NCBI GenBank assembly: GCA_041666145.1
Contig: JBAYHK010000006.1
Coordinates: 1 to 53,620 of the forward strand
Source of the DNA: Patescibacteria group bacterium
GTDB lineage: Bacteria > Patescibacteriota > Patescibacteriia > UBA9934
Direction of reading: 5' to 3'
Length of the DNA stretch: 53,620 nucleotides
The translations under genes and the position numbers were made by a program. The notes under the pieces were generated by a model. That model had not been told where the DNA came from. It saw only the letters and a list, made by a program, of their open reading frames with translations, and did not search any database. Every line of letters starts with the position of its first letter. Within the stretch, counting starts at the first letter, position 1. This document shows, in pieces, positions 28,864-36,938 of the stretch.

Positions 28864-29100
28864 ATGAGTGCCAATAACTACCCACCGATTCCTAACGGAA
28901 CCATGGTCAAGACCACTGTTCCGAACAGTGACATGGCCGGAGGATGGAACGAACTTGCACTAGCTGAGCGTCTTGGCAGGTGGGGCAAGAAAGGTACCGT
29001 CGTTGAACACAGCGATTCGCACGGTCTCTGTTATAAGGTCATGTTCGATGACAATGCCGTCGCCTGGTTCGATCCTCAAGAATTCGAGTTGAGCACATAG
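28864..29100 (+). CDS. 78-aa small beta-barrel-like (SH3/KOW-like) orphan (cassette cargo)
   Basis: TTGACA-16-TAAACT, SD AGGAGG; pattern G.MVK...GTVVE...YKVMFD...WF. Confidence 0.65.
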   Translation: MSANNYPPIPNGTMVKTTVPNSDMAGGWNELALAERLGRWGKKGTVVEHSDSHGLCYKVMFDDNAVAWFDPQEFELST

Positions 29101-29325
29101 GTTGCCTTCGAGTTGTCTCATCCGCCCGCCAGAGCCGCTATATGAGCCGCTCACTCTGGTTGGCGGTTTCGTTTTTAATCAATAAACCAAATCCGACTCT
29201 GTAAGCTTCGGGATGCTAATGCATCCCTCATATTTCTCAACCGCAGTTCGAACGGAGTCGACAATGTGGCGCCACATAAATCATCAGGATTTTCCTGGTG
29301 ATTTTTGTTATGATCTTTGTTAATT

Positions 29326-30321
29326 ATGAAGTTCAAGAAAAACACAAAAAATCAGCTCGCGGTTTATCAAGCTAAATCTGGGGCGATTGAGCTTAGGGCA
29401 GATGCAACGAAAAAGACGATATGGGCGACTCAGGCGCAAATTGCCGATATTTTTGTGGTTGAGCGATCGGTAGTGACGAAGCACATTCGGAATCTTTTTC
29501 ATGACAAGGAGCTGGACGAACGTTCAGTATGTGCAAAATTTGCACATACTGCTGGTGATGGCAAAACGTATCAAGTTCAAGCGTACAACCTTGATGTTGT
29601 TTTGAGTGTGGGTTATAGGACAAACTCAAGGCGAGCTGTTGAATTTCGTAAATGGGCAACCACGGTTTTGCGTCAACACATCGCCCTCGGTTACACCATC
29701 AATCGATCGATGATCGCGGCGCATTATGACGAATTCATGAAAGCCGTCGGCGACATCAAGGCTTTGCTTCCCGTCAATCAGATGGTTGATTCTGCAAGTG
29801 TTCTTGAGCTCATCCGTGCCTTTGCTGATACGTGGCTTTCGTTGGATGCGTACGACAAGGACGCTCTTGAGATGAAAGGCGTCACCAAGAAACAATCGGT
29901 GCTTACTGCCAATGAACTTGAATCTGCTTTAGTACAGCTCAAACGCAATCTCATGGAAAAGGGTGAAGCGACCGATCTGTTTGGCGCTGAACGATCTACT
30001 GGCGCGATCGAGGGGATTGTTGGAAACGTCATGCAATCTTTTAGCGGCAAAGCAATGTATCCGAGTATCGAAGAAAAAGCTGCTCATCTTTTGTACTTCG
30101 TTGTCAAAAATCATCCGTTCATCGACGGCAATAAACGTTCCGGTGCTTTTGCATTTGTGTGGTTCTTGCGTCGCGCCAAACGACTTGACCCAACCCGCAT
30201 GTCTCCAGAGGCACTCACCGCGCTAACACTTTTGATTGCTGAAAGTAATCCGAAAGATAAATCGAAGATGGTTGGTTTGGTGTGTCGACTACTGGTTAAT
30301 AAACCAGTTTCGTTTCTGTGA
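29326..30321 (+). CDS. RhuM-family N-domain fused to a Fic/Doc domain (cassette cargo)
   Basis: IWATQAQIA.IF...YNLD.V.SVGYR.NS (RhuM) and HPFIDGNKRSG (Fic motif). Confidence 0.9.
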   Translation: MKFKKNTKNQLAVYQAKSGAIELRADATKKTIWATQAQIADIFVVERSVVTKHIRNLFHDKELDERSVCAKFAHTAGDGKTYQVQAYNLDVVLSVGYRTNSRRAVEFRKWATTVLRQHIALGYTINRSMIAAHYDEFMKAVGDIKALLPVNQMVDSASVLELIRAFADTWLSLDAYDKDALEMKGVTKKQSVLTANELESALVQLKRNLMEKGEATDLFGAERSTGAIEGIVGNVMQSFSGKAMYPSIEEKAAHLLYFVVKNHPFIDGNKRSGAFAFVWFLRRAKRLDPTRMSPEALTALTLLIAESNPKDKSKMVGLVCRLLVNKPVSFL

Positions 30322-30493
30322 GCCTGGAAATACTGACGTACCCAAAACCAAATCTGCCTCTGTGAACTTCGGGATACTGATGGAGCCTTCGTATTCCTCA
30401 ACTGCAATTCGAACGGAGTTAACGATGTGGAACCAGAAACCACATCATGCTCATCATGTGTTTTCTTTTTGTCACGGTGTAGGATGTGCGTAT

Positions 30494-31723
30494 ATGCGCA
30501 TCCTCCTTCTTTTAGCTCTCACCGTCTTTGTATTTCCATCGACCGCGTTGGCTGTAACGTCAGACGTAAACATAGCGCAAACCTACGAAGGCTACACGCT
30601 CATTACTCCAAGCACCGGCGGGAATGGTGCGGACGGAAAAAATGAAATTTATCTCGTCGACATGGATGGAAACATTGTTCATTCGTGGAAGTTAACAACA
30701 AGCGAAACACAATTTTCAGAACTCATGCCTACCGGAACGCTGCTTGCGATTCTTGGTGGGGCATCGCGTCCAGAGTCTCGTACTCGAGGACAGGCGGAGG
30801 CACGATTGGTTGAGATTGATTGGGATGGAAATATCACGTGGGAGTACCAAAATACCAATCTCCATCATGATTTCGCGATGCTCGCAAATGGAAATATTAT
30901 CGGACTGGTTCGAGAGCCCTTGCGTGACGAACTTCGATCACGCATTTCCGATGATAGTCTTCCATCATCCGTATGGGTTGATCGCCTCATTGAAATTGAT
31001 CACAACACGAAAGAAATTGTGTGGGAGTGGAGTGAACAAGACGAACTCGACCTATCGAGATACCCCTACCATGGTTCTGGAGAAATATTCCATACAAATG
31101 CTGTTGAATACATCCCTGCCGGAAATGCTTTTAATGGAAAAGAATCGTTGTTTATCAGTTCGCGCGAACAAAACATGATCATGATTATCGATAAAGCCAG
31201 CGGTGACATTGTGTGGGAATTCAGCAATAACGTCCTCGAAAGCCAACATGATGCAACCTTGCTTGATAATGGGCATGTTCTCGTGTTTAACAACCGACCA
31301 ACCAAGAAAACCTCACAGGTTCTCGAAATTGATCCTAAAACAAATAAGGTGCTTTGGACCTATGAGGCAAGCGGCTTTTTCGCTGAAAAAATTAGCGGAG
31401 CGCAACGACTGAAAAATGGGAACACGCTCATCACAGAAGGCGTTACTGGACAGATTTTTGAAGTTACTCCAGCAAAAGAAATTGTGTGGGAATACCAAGT
31501 TGGCGGGGACGAGAAAAAAGATCACTCCGTATTCCGCTCCTACCGATATGGCCCTGATGAGATCAATTGGCCGAACTCTTTCCTTCCAAACCCTGAGCTT
31601 CTTTTTGACGAACCCTATCCTTACTCCTGGAAGCAGAGTCTATTTTTGATCGTCGGAAGCGCTATGGCATTGGCGTCTATCATCGGCGGCATTGTATTGA
31701 TTCGACGAAGAATGTCTAAATAA
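30494..31723 (+). CDS. Aryl-sulfate sulfotransferase-like beta-propeller, secreted with C-terminal TM anchor (cassette cargo)
   Basis: Signal peptide; LHHD, FHTNAV, SQHDA, SGAQRL.NGNTLI motifs; hydrophobic tail plus RRR. Confidence 0.82.
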   Translation: MRILLLLALTVFVFPSTALAVTSDVNIAQTYEGYTLITPSTGGNGADGKNEIYLVDMDGNIVHSWKLTTSETQFSELMPTGTLLAILGGASRPESRTRGQAEARLVEIDWDGNITWEYQNTNLHHDFAMLANGNIIGLVREPLRDELRSRISDDSLPSSVWVDRLIEIDHNTKEIVWEWSEQDELDLSRYPYHGSGEIFHTNAVEYIPAGNAFNGKESLFISSREQNMIMIIDKASGDIVWEFSNNVLESQHDATLLDNGHVLVFNNRPTKKTSQVLEIDPKTNKVLWTYEASGFFAEKISGAQRLKNGNTLITEGVTGQIFEVTPAKEIVWEYQVGGDEKKDHSVFRSYRYGPDEINWPNSFLPNPELLFDEPYPYSWKQSLFLIVGSAMALASIIGGIVLIRRRMSK

Positions 31724-31743
31724 TTGCGTGTACTGGCCAGAAC

Positions 31744-31777
31744 ACAATAGCTCACCAAAAAATTGGTGAGCTATTGT
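31744..31777. terminator. Terminator after the sulfotransferase gene
   Basis: ACAATAGCTCACCAA-AAAA-TTGGTGAGCTATTGT. Confidence 0.8.
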
Positions 31778-32013
31778 TTATGAGCTTATTTCAGTAAATA
31801 TGAAGAAGTTTAGGCTGTGCTTTGGGATGCTAATGTATCCCTCATATTCCTCAATTGTAGTTCGAGTGGAGTCGACGATGTGGAGCCGGCATAACCCTCA
31901 GCATTTTGCCCACCGTCGCCTAGCGGCTATAGTGACAGGCTCGGGTTTTTGATTTTACAAAACTCATTTTTTATGCCATATTATCAGGTCCACAACACCC
32001 CCAGGAGGACTCA

Positions 32014-32430
32014 ATGCTTCACCCCCAGCTCATCGCTTTGCTCACTCAAACTGGCATCGGATTCGACTCTTTGGACATCGAGCTCGAGGAACGCGGTCCG
32101 AACCTGTTCGTCGTGGTCCAGAACGCCAACGCCGTACGTCGCCTCGTAGTTCAGGGCGTTGATCGTCCGCGCAAGGTGCGACGCAACCACTACAAACCGA
32201 TCACCGCCACCTACGCGGACGCCGATGGCTTCATGACCATCTACGAGATCTTCCTATTCACCGAGCTTTGGATCAAGAAGGAGGTTGCGGAGGAGATGAT
32301 CCGTAGCGGCGAATTGATCATGGCTCAGGCCAAGGAGATCCCCCAGCAGGATCTCTACTGGCGGGACGACCCGTGGTTTCAGCAGAACCGCGCGTTCGTG
32401 CTCCAAGGCCGCGAGCCCTACATGCCATAG
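32014..32430 (+). CDS. Orphan hypothetical protein (cassette cargo)
   Basis: SD AGGAGG 32003-32008; C-rich third codon positions; followed by a shared hairpin family. Confidence 0.7.
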   Translation: MLHPQLIALLTQTGIGFDSLDIELEERGPNLFVVVQNANAVRRLVVQGVDRPRKVRRNHYKPITATYADADGFMTIYEIFLFTELWIKKEVAEEMIRSGELIMAQAKEIPQQDLYWRDDPWFQQNRAFVLQGREPYMP

Positions 32431-32621
32431 GCCCCTTTTGTTCGTCGAGGATCGATGAACAACAACTCTACCGTCCATCACGAGCGCCGCACGGGCCGCT
32501 CATCTCTGGTGGACGGTTTCGTGTTTTCACTAACTTGTTCCACAACGTAGAGCCAACAGGGTTCGAATTGGAAACAGTTCGAGTTTTGTTTTACTCTGGA
32601 GAATAAGTTGGTTCTGAAGAT

Positions 32622-33326
32622 ATGAGAAAACTGCTTTATATATTGATCGAATTATTGCTTTTAATCTTAGTATTTTTCGGTGTATACAAAATCAGTAAAT
32701 CAAGATGGTTTCAATTTTTTGGAGATATAACGAGTAGTGTCAATACCGAGGAACGGGTAGTCGCTCTCACATTTGATGACGGTCCAACCGAATATACAAA
32801 TACGGTTCTTGATATTCTCGAGGGAAAAAATGTCTCAGCAACTTTTTATGTTACGGGATTGGATTTAGAAAAGCATTCAGATATTGGCACAGCTATTGTT
32901 GAGGCAGGCCACGACCTTGGTAACCATTCATATTCTCATTCAAGATTTTTGTTGAAATCTCAACATTTCATCGACAATGAAATCCAAACGACAAGTGAAC
33001 TGATTCGTCAAGCTGGATTTGATGGTGAGATTACATTCAGACCACCGTACGGAAAAAAGCTTTTCGGTCTTCCTTGGTATCTTATGATGCATGGAATTAA
33101 GACAGTGACTTGGGATGTTGAGCCTGACTCCTTCGGTTCCGAATCAGATTCCATTGTTCAGTATACGATTGAGCACGTAAAAAATGGATCGATTATTCTG
33201 CTGCATTCATCCTGTGAGTCATGTAACGGACAGCGAGAAGCGATTCAGAAAATCATTGATGCTTTAAACGAACAAGGTTATGGGTTTGTTAAGGTTTCTG
33301 AATTATTGCGGCTAAATCAGAACTAA
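32622..33326 (+). CDS. NodB-type polysaccharide deacetylase with N-terminal anchor (cassette cargo)
   Basis: TFDDGP, HSYSH, FRPPYG, ILLH motifs. Confidence 0.92.
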   Translation: MRKLLYILIELLLLILVFFGVYKISKSRWFQFFGDITSSVNTEERVVALTFDDGPTEYTNTVLDILEGKNVSATFYVTGLDLEKHSDIGTAIVEAGHDLGNHSYSHSRFLLKSQHFIDNEIQTTSELIRQAGFDGEITFRPPYGKKLFGLPWYLMMHGIKTVTWDVEPDSFGSESDSIVQYTIEHVKNGSIILLHSSCESCNGQREAIQKIIDALNEQGYGFVKVSELLRLNQN

Positions 33327-33676
33327 AACTATCCCAATCCATCGTTCTGAATGCGTCCACGAGGCAGAGCCGGCATCACCTTCGGCATTTTCCCCATTCT
33401 CGCCTAGCGGTTACGGTGGTCAGGCTGGGGTTTTTGCTATGTTTTGGAGGTACTCAGGGTGGGTTAGAACTTTTTTTGAAGATATTGAGCAGTTGTGATG
33501 TTTTTATAAAATCAGGGGGTTAAAATGGACAAAAGAGGATTTTTTTGCTATTATTATTAGTTATTTTGAGAAGGAATTCTACGTCAATGTGGCACGAAAC
33601 GTGCTTTATTGACGCAGTGTCGTGATTTGATGCAATTCCTGCACATATCGCGGCATACCACGAAGGAGACATTCTC

Positions 33677-33958
33677 ATGACTGTTTTTCAGATTAGTCCC
33701 GATGATCGTCCAGTTGCTCAACATAAACTCATCAAGAAGGCCGCTTTGATGATGTTCGAAACGCCTTCGACCTTTCTTGCCATGATGGTTATCCCGGGAT
33801 CTGTCGTGGTCATGGTCTTCGGAACTCGTGGAGCGTAGTGGTCTCAGGCGGTTCCTTTGGTGGCCGCTGTGTTCCTGCTAGGACTGCTCTTCCGGAGTCG
33901 GTACCGGGAGTGCAAAATAGTGAATCAAATGTTGCGTAGCATTCGGTCACCGGAGTAG
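33677..33958 (+). pseudogene. Two-TM membrane protein (93 codons) interrupted by an in-frame TAG at 33836-33838 (cassette cargo; absent from the ORF track)
   Basis: Promoter TTGACG-16-TGCAAT, SD AAGGAG; reading frame continues WSQAVPLVAAVFLLGLLF... to TAG 33956-33958, then a terminator. Confidence 0.65.
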
Positions 33959-34128
33959 CCACAATCTCACCGCCCACCACGAGCGTCATACGAGCCGCTC
34001 ATTCTGGTGGGCGGTTTCGTTTTTAATCAATAAGCGCGTTCGACGGTGTGGAGCCAGCATAGCCCTTAGTATTTTGCTGCGTTTTCAGGCTACCCGAAGC
34101 GGGGTTAGAACTGATAGACTAGATTTAT

Positions 34129-34821
34129 ATGCAAAATTTACCAATAGCTGATGTGTATCAGAAAGAGTTTTTATATATGCCTTGGGGAATTTTGATGGAT
34201 AGAGTACAGAAAATAGTTATAGAAAAAGCTCCAGTAGGTGGAAGAGTCCTCGACCTTCTTTGCGGTCCGGGATATTTACTGGGAGAACTTCGGAAAGAGC
34301 GTAGTGATCTTTCTTTTGTTGGAGTTGATATGGAAGAGGAATTTATTTCTTATGCGACCATTCGCCATCCAGGGATAGAATTCATTGTTTCTGATGCGGC
34401 CGAGTGGAATACGGAAGAGCAATATGATGTCGTGTTGTGTACTGGAGGCCTCCATCATTTAGCATACGAAAAACAGGAATTATTTTTGCAAAAAGTTGCT
34501 CGTTTATTGAAGTCTAGCGGCTTTGCGATTATTGCAGATCCTTATATTGATGAATATAAGAATGAAGATGAACGCAAACTAGTTGGCGCAAAACTCGGAT
34601 ACGAATATCTTGTTGCAACAATGAAGAATGGTGCTCCTGAAGACGTAATCATCTCTACGATAGGAATTCTTCAAAATGATGTATTGCTCGTTGAGTTCAA
34701 AAGTTCGATAAAAAAACTGCAACCAATTTTTGAAAAGACGTTTTCACGTGTAGAAAAAGAGAAGACGTGGCCAGTCGAGAACACTGAATACGGTGATTAT
34801 ATGTTTATTTTAAAACCATAG
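34129..34821 (+). CDS. Class I SAM-dependent methyltransferase
   Basis: VLDLLCGPG, GVD, YDVV...GGLHH. Confidence 0.88.
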   Translation: MQNLPIADVYQKEFLYMPWGILMDRVQKIVIEKAPVGGRVLDLLCGPGYLLGELRKERSDLSFVGVDMEEEFISYATIRHPGIEFIVSDAAEWNTEEQYDVVLCTGGLHHLAYEKQELFLQKVARLLKSSGFAIIADPYIDEYKNEDERKLVGAKLGYEYLVATMKNGAPEDVIISTIGILQNDVLLVEFKSSIKKLQPIFEKTFSRVEKEKTWPVENTEYGDYMFILKP

Positions 34822-34858
34822 TCGCGAATTATTTTTTGAGGGATTAAATTATCGCAGT

Positions 34859-35446
34859 ATGAAAAATGAGCTCTTACAGCAAGCAACGCAAAGCGTGCAT
34901 TGGGAAAATCGAGAGTCTTTGGCTTTTGAGTTTATATTGCTCATAAAAAAGATCATCGGTGATTTGAGCGGAAAGACGTTCCTTGATATAGGTTGTGCGA
35001 AGGGTCGTGATTGCGAAATTTTTCAGAAAGAAGGGCTTGATCCAATTGGGATAGATAATAATCCTAACCTCATTGGTGACGCGAAGACACAGTATCCTGA
35101 TATTGAATTTATTTGTGGCGATGCGGCGTTGATGCCTTTTGAGAATGAGCGGTTCGATATAGTCTACGGAACGAATATTTTGTTTTACTTAGATCTTGAT
35201 GTCGTGTTAAGGGAGGCGTTTCGTGTTTTAAAAAATGGAGGTTATGGTGTCTTTAGTTTTGATGCATACATCATCCATTTAGATAGAGGTGAGGTTTTTC
35301 ATGAGGATAGTCTGGATCATCTTGAGCTGGTGGTGCGAGATTTAGATGGTAAAGTCGTACACGTCGGTTCCCAAGAGACTCGTTTGGACGCGGTACCGTT
35401 TAAACATAAGCACGAGTTTTACAAAGTCATCGTACAAAAAAACTGA
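34859..35446 (+). CDS. Class I SAM-dependent methyltransferase
   Basis: FLDIGCAKG, GID, MPFENERFD, AFRVLK.GG. Confidence 0.9.
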   Translation: MKNELLQQATQSVHWENRESLAFEFILLIKKIIGDLSGKTFLDIGCAKGRDCEIFQKEGLDPIGIDNNPNLIGDAKTQYPDIEFICGDAALMPFENERFDIVYGTNILFYLDLDVVLREAFRVLKNGGYGVFSFDAYIIHLDRGEVFHEDSLDHLELVVRDLDGKVVHVGSQETRLDAVPFKHKHEFYKVIVQKN

Positions 35447-35447
35447 T

Positions 35448-36116
35448 ATGAAAAATCGCTATACAGGAAATCTGCGTGATAACGACAGAACCATTCATGA
35501 GCTTGCGCCGGCAGCACTCACGTCTCGCATTATTGCTGCATATGAGGTTAAAAAAGTTATTCATGAGGGTTCGAGAGTTTTGGACTTGGGATGCGGAGGT
35601 GGGAATTCTGCGAAGCCGGTATTGGAAATGACAGATATCGACATGGATCTCTTGGATGTTTCGCAAGAAATGATTGATGAAGCGAGAGAATATTTATCAG
35701 AGTTTTCTGATCGCACGAATTATATTTGTCAGGATGCACTCGAATATTTACGAAGTTCTGAGCCCTACGACGTTATTCTCTCAGAATGGACCATTCATAA
35801 TTTTTCATGGTCAGAAAAGCGCGAACTTTTTGAAGCAATTTATGGTGCGCTTCACGATGGGGGCACCTTTATTCTGATGGATAAAGTTTATCCAGAAAAT
35901 GGTGGGGAAGAGATGCTTGAGAAGCAATTAAAGCGTTATACATATCTTGATCCAGAGGTCGCGAGAGGCATCACTGAACACGAACGACAAGATTATCTCC
36001 CCGAACATCGTATGGACGAACCAGCATTGATCGACGTTTTACGCGAAGTGGGTTTCAAAAATATCACTCTCGCAGATAGAGTTGAGCGAGATGTTGTCCT
36101 TGTTGCTTCAAAATAA
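35448..36116 (+). CDS. Class I SAM-dependent methyltransferase (CmoA-like)
   Basis: VLDLGCGGG, DVSQEM, YDVI..WTIH, LHDGGTFI; start trimmed to ATG 35448. Confidence 0.88.
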   Translation: MKNRYTGNLRDNDRTIHELAPAALTSRIIAAYEVKKVIHEGSRVLDLGCGGGNSAKPVLEMTDIDMDLLDVSQEMIDEAREYLSEFSDRTNYICQDALEYLRSSEPYDVILSEWTIHNFSWSEKRELFEAIYGALHDGGTFILMDKVYPENGGEEMLEKQLKRYTYLDPEVARGITEHERQDYLPEHRMDEPALIDVLREVGFKNITLADRVERDVVLVASK

Positions 36117-36144
36117 TTTTAGGAATTCCAGTAAGATATTCTCT

Positions 36145-36786
36145 ATGCCTTCTGACATTAAACTCGTATGTTTTGATCTTGATTTAACCCTCATTTCTCA
36201 CAATAGTTGGTCTGATTTAAATATGGCTCTTGGGGTTTCGGCTGACGAGGATACGCGACTATACACAGAATATAAAACTGGAAAAATTACGTACGAGGAA
36301 TGGAATGCGTTGACGCTGGAGAAATATCTTGAGCATGCCGATGCTACGCGTGACGGCGTAACAAAAGCGCTTTCGAATTACCGATATTCTGACGGCGCTC
36401 GGGAAGCGGTGAGATATTTGCAAGAGAAGGGATACATCGTTGTCTTGATCTCTGGTTCCATTGACATCATTGTTAACCTGATAGCAAAAGAGCTTGGGAT
36501 TACATACGCAAAAGCAAACAACACGTTTCTTTTTGATGAACATGATCGCTTAAATGGCATCACTACCGACGGCGACGATCGAATTTCAAAAGCACGACAC
36601 CTTGAAGCATTTTGTGAACTTCTTGGAGTACAGATGTCGGAATGTGCATGCATAGGCGACGGCGAAAATGATCTTGAAATGTTCCGTCGCACTGGGAAGG
36701 GAATTACATTTGCTGGATCGAGCATAGAATCAGAGGCGTGGAGAACGATCAATTCCCTTCATGACATTCCGAAATTGTTTGCATGA
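36145..36786 (+). CDS. HAD-superfamily phosphatase (phosphoserine phosphatase-like)
   Basis: FDLDLTL motif I, ISGS, K, IGDGENDL. Confidence 0.88.
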   Translation: MPSDIKLVCFDLDLTLISHNSWSDLNMALGVSADEDTRLYTEYKTGKITYEEWNALTLEKYLEHADATRDGVTKALSNYRYSDGAREAVRYLQEKGYIVVLISGSIDIIVNLIAKELGITYAKANNTFLFDEHDRLNGITTDGDDRISKARHLEAFCELLGVQMSECACIGDGENDLEMFRRTGKGITFAGSSIESEAWRTINSLHDIPKLFA

Positions 36787-36938
36787 TAATTTTATATATT
36801 CTTTATGTTTGAGAATGCGTCGAAGATTCTTCTTCGATCGCGTTCCACCTCACTTTTTATCCTTGATGAATAGGGTGGGACTAGCGTTTTTTGTTAGTTA
36901 CTCATGCTATTATGTTCATGAATTTTAAGGTTTGAGTT

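Larger units (their letters stand above)
27364..34056. mobile_element. tRNA-Asn-anchored array of att-bounded gene cassettes; no integrase in the window
   Basis: Ten GGAGCCA-like cores at 27364, 27549, 28543, 28727, 29268, 30429, 31882, 32549, 33366 and 34050, with recurring flanking arms. Confidence 0.8.

Noticed and set aside
2960-33958. Genome-wide TAG reassignment
   Set aside because: rpoD, typA and the ABC permease end at TAG at their expected family C-termini, so TAG is a stop in the host.
27364-34056. CRISPR array
   Set aside because: Spacing between repeats is 184-1453 bp and contains whole genes, the repeats are heterogeneous, and there are no cas genes.
27364-34056. Canonical integron with attC sites
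   Set aside because: There is no intI, and no RYYYAAC...GTTRRRY paired boxes after the genes. GTTAGAAC has no inverse partner in the array, and the recurring core is the tRNA 3' end.
36800-36860. Possible eleventh att junction (minus strand reads IFDAFSN, similar to LVDAFRT)
   Set aside because: There is no GGAGCCA-like core at the expected position and the similarity is too short to call.
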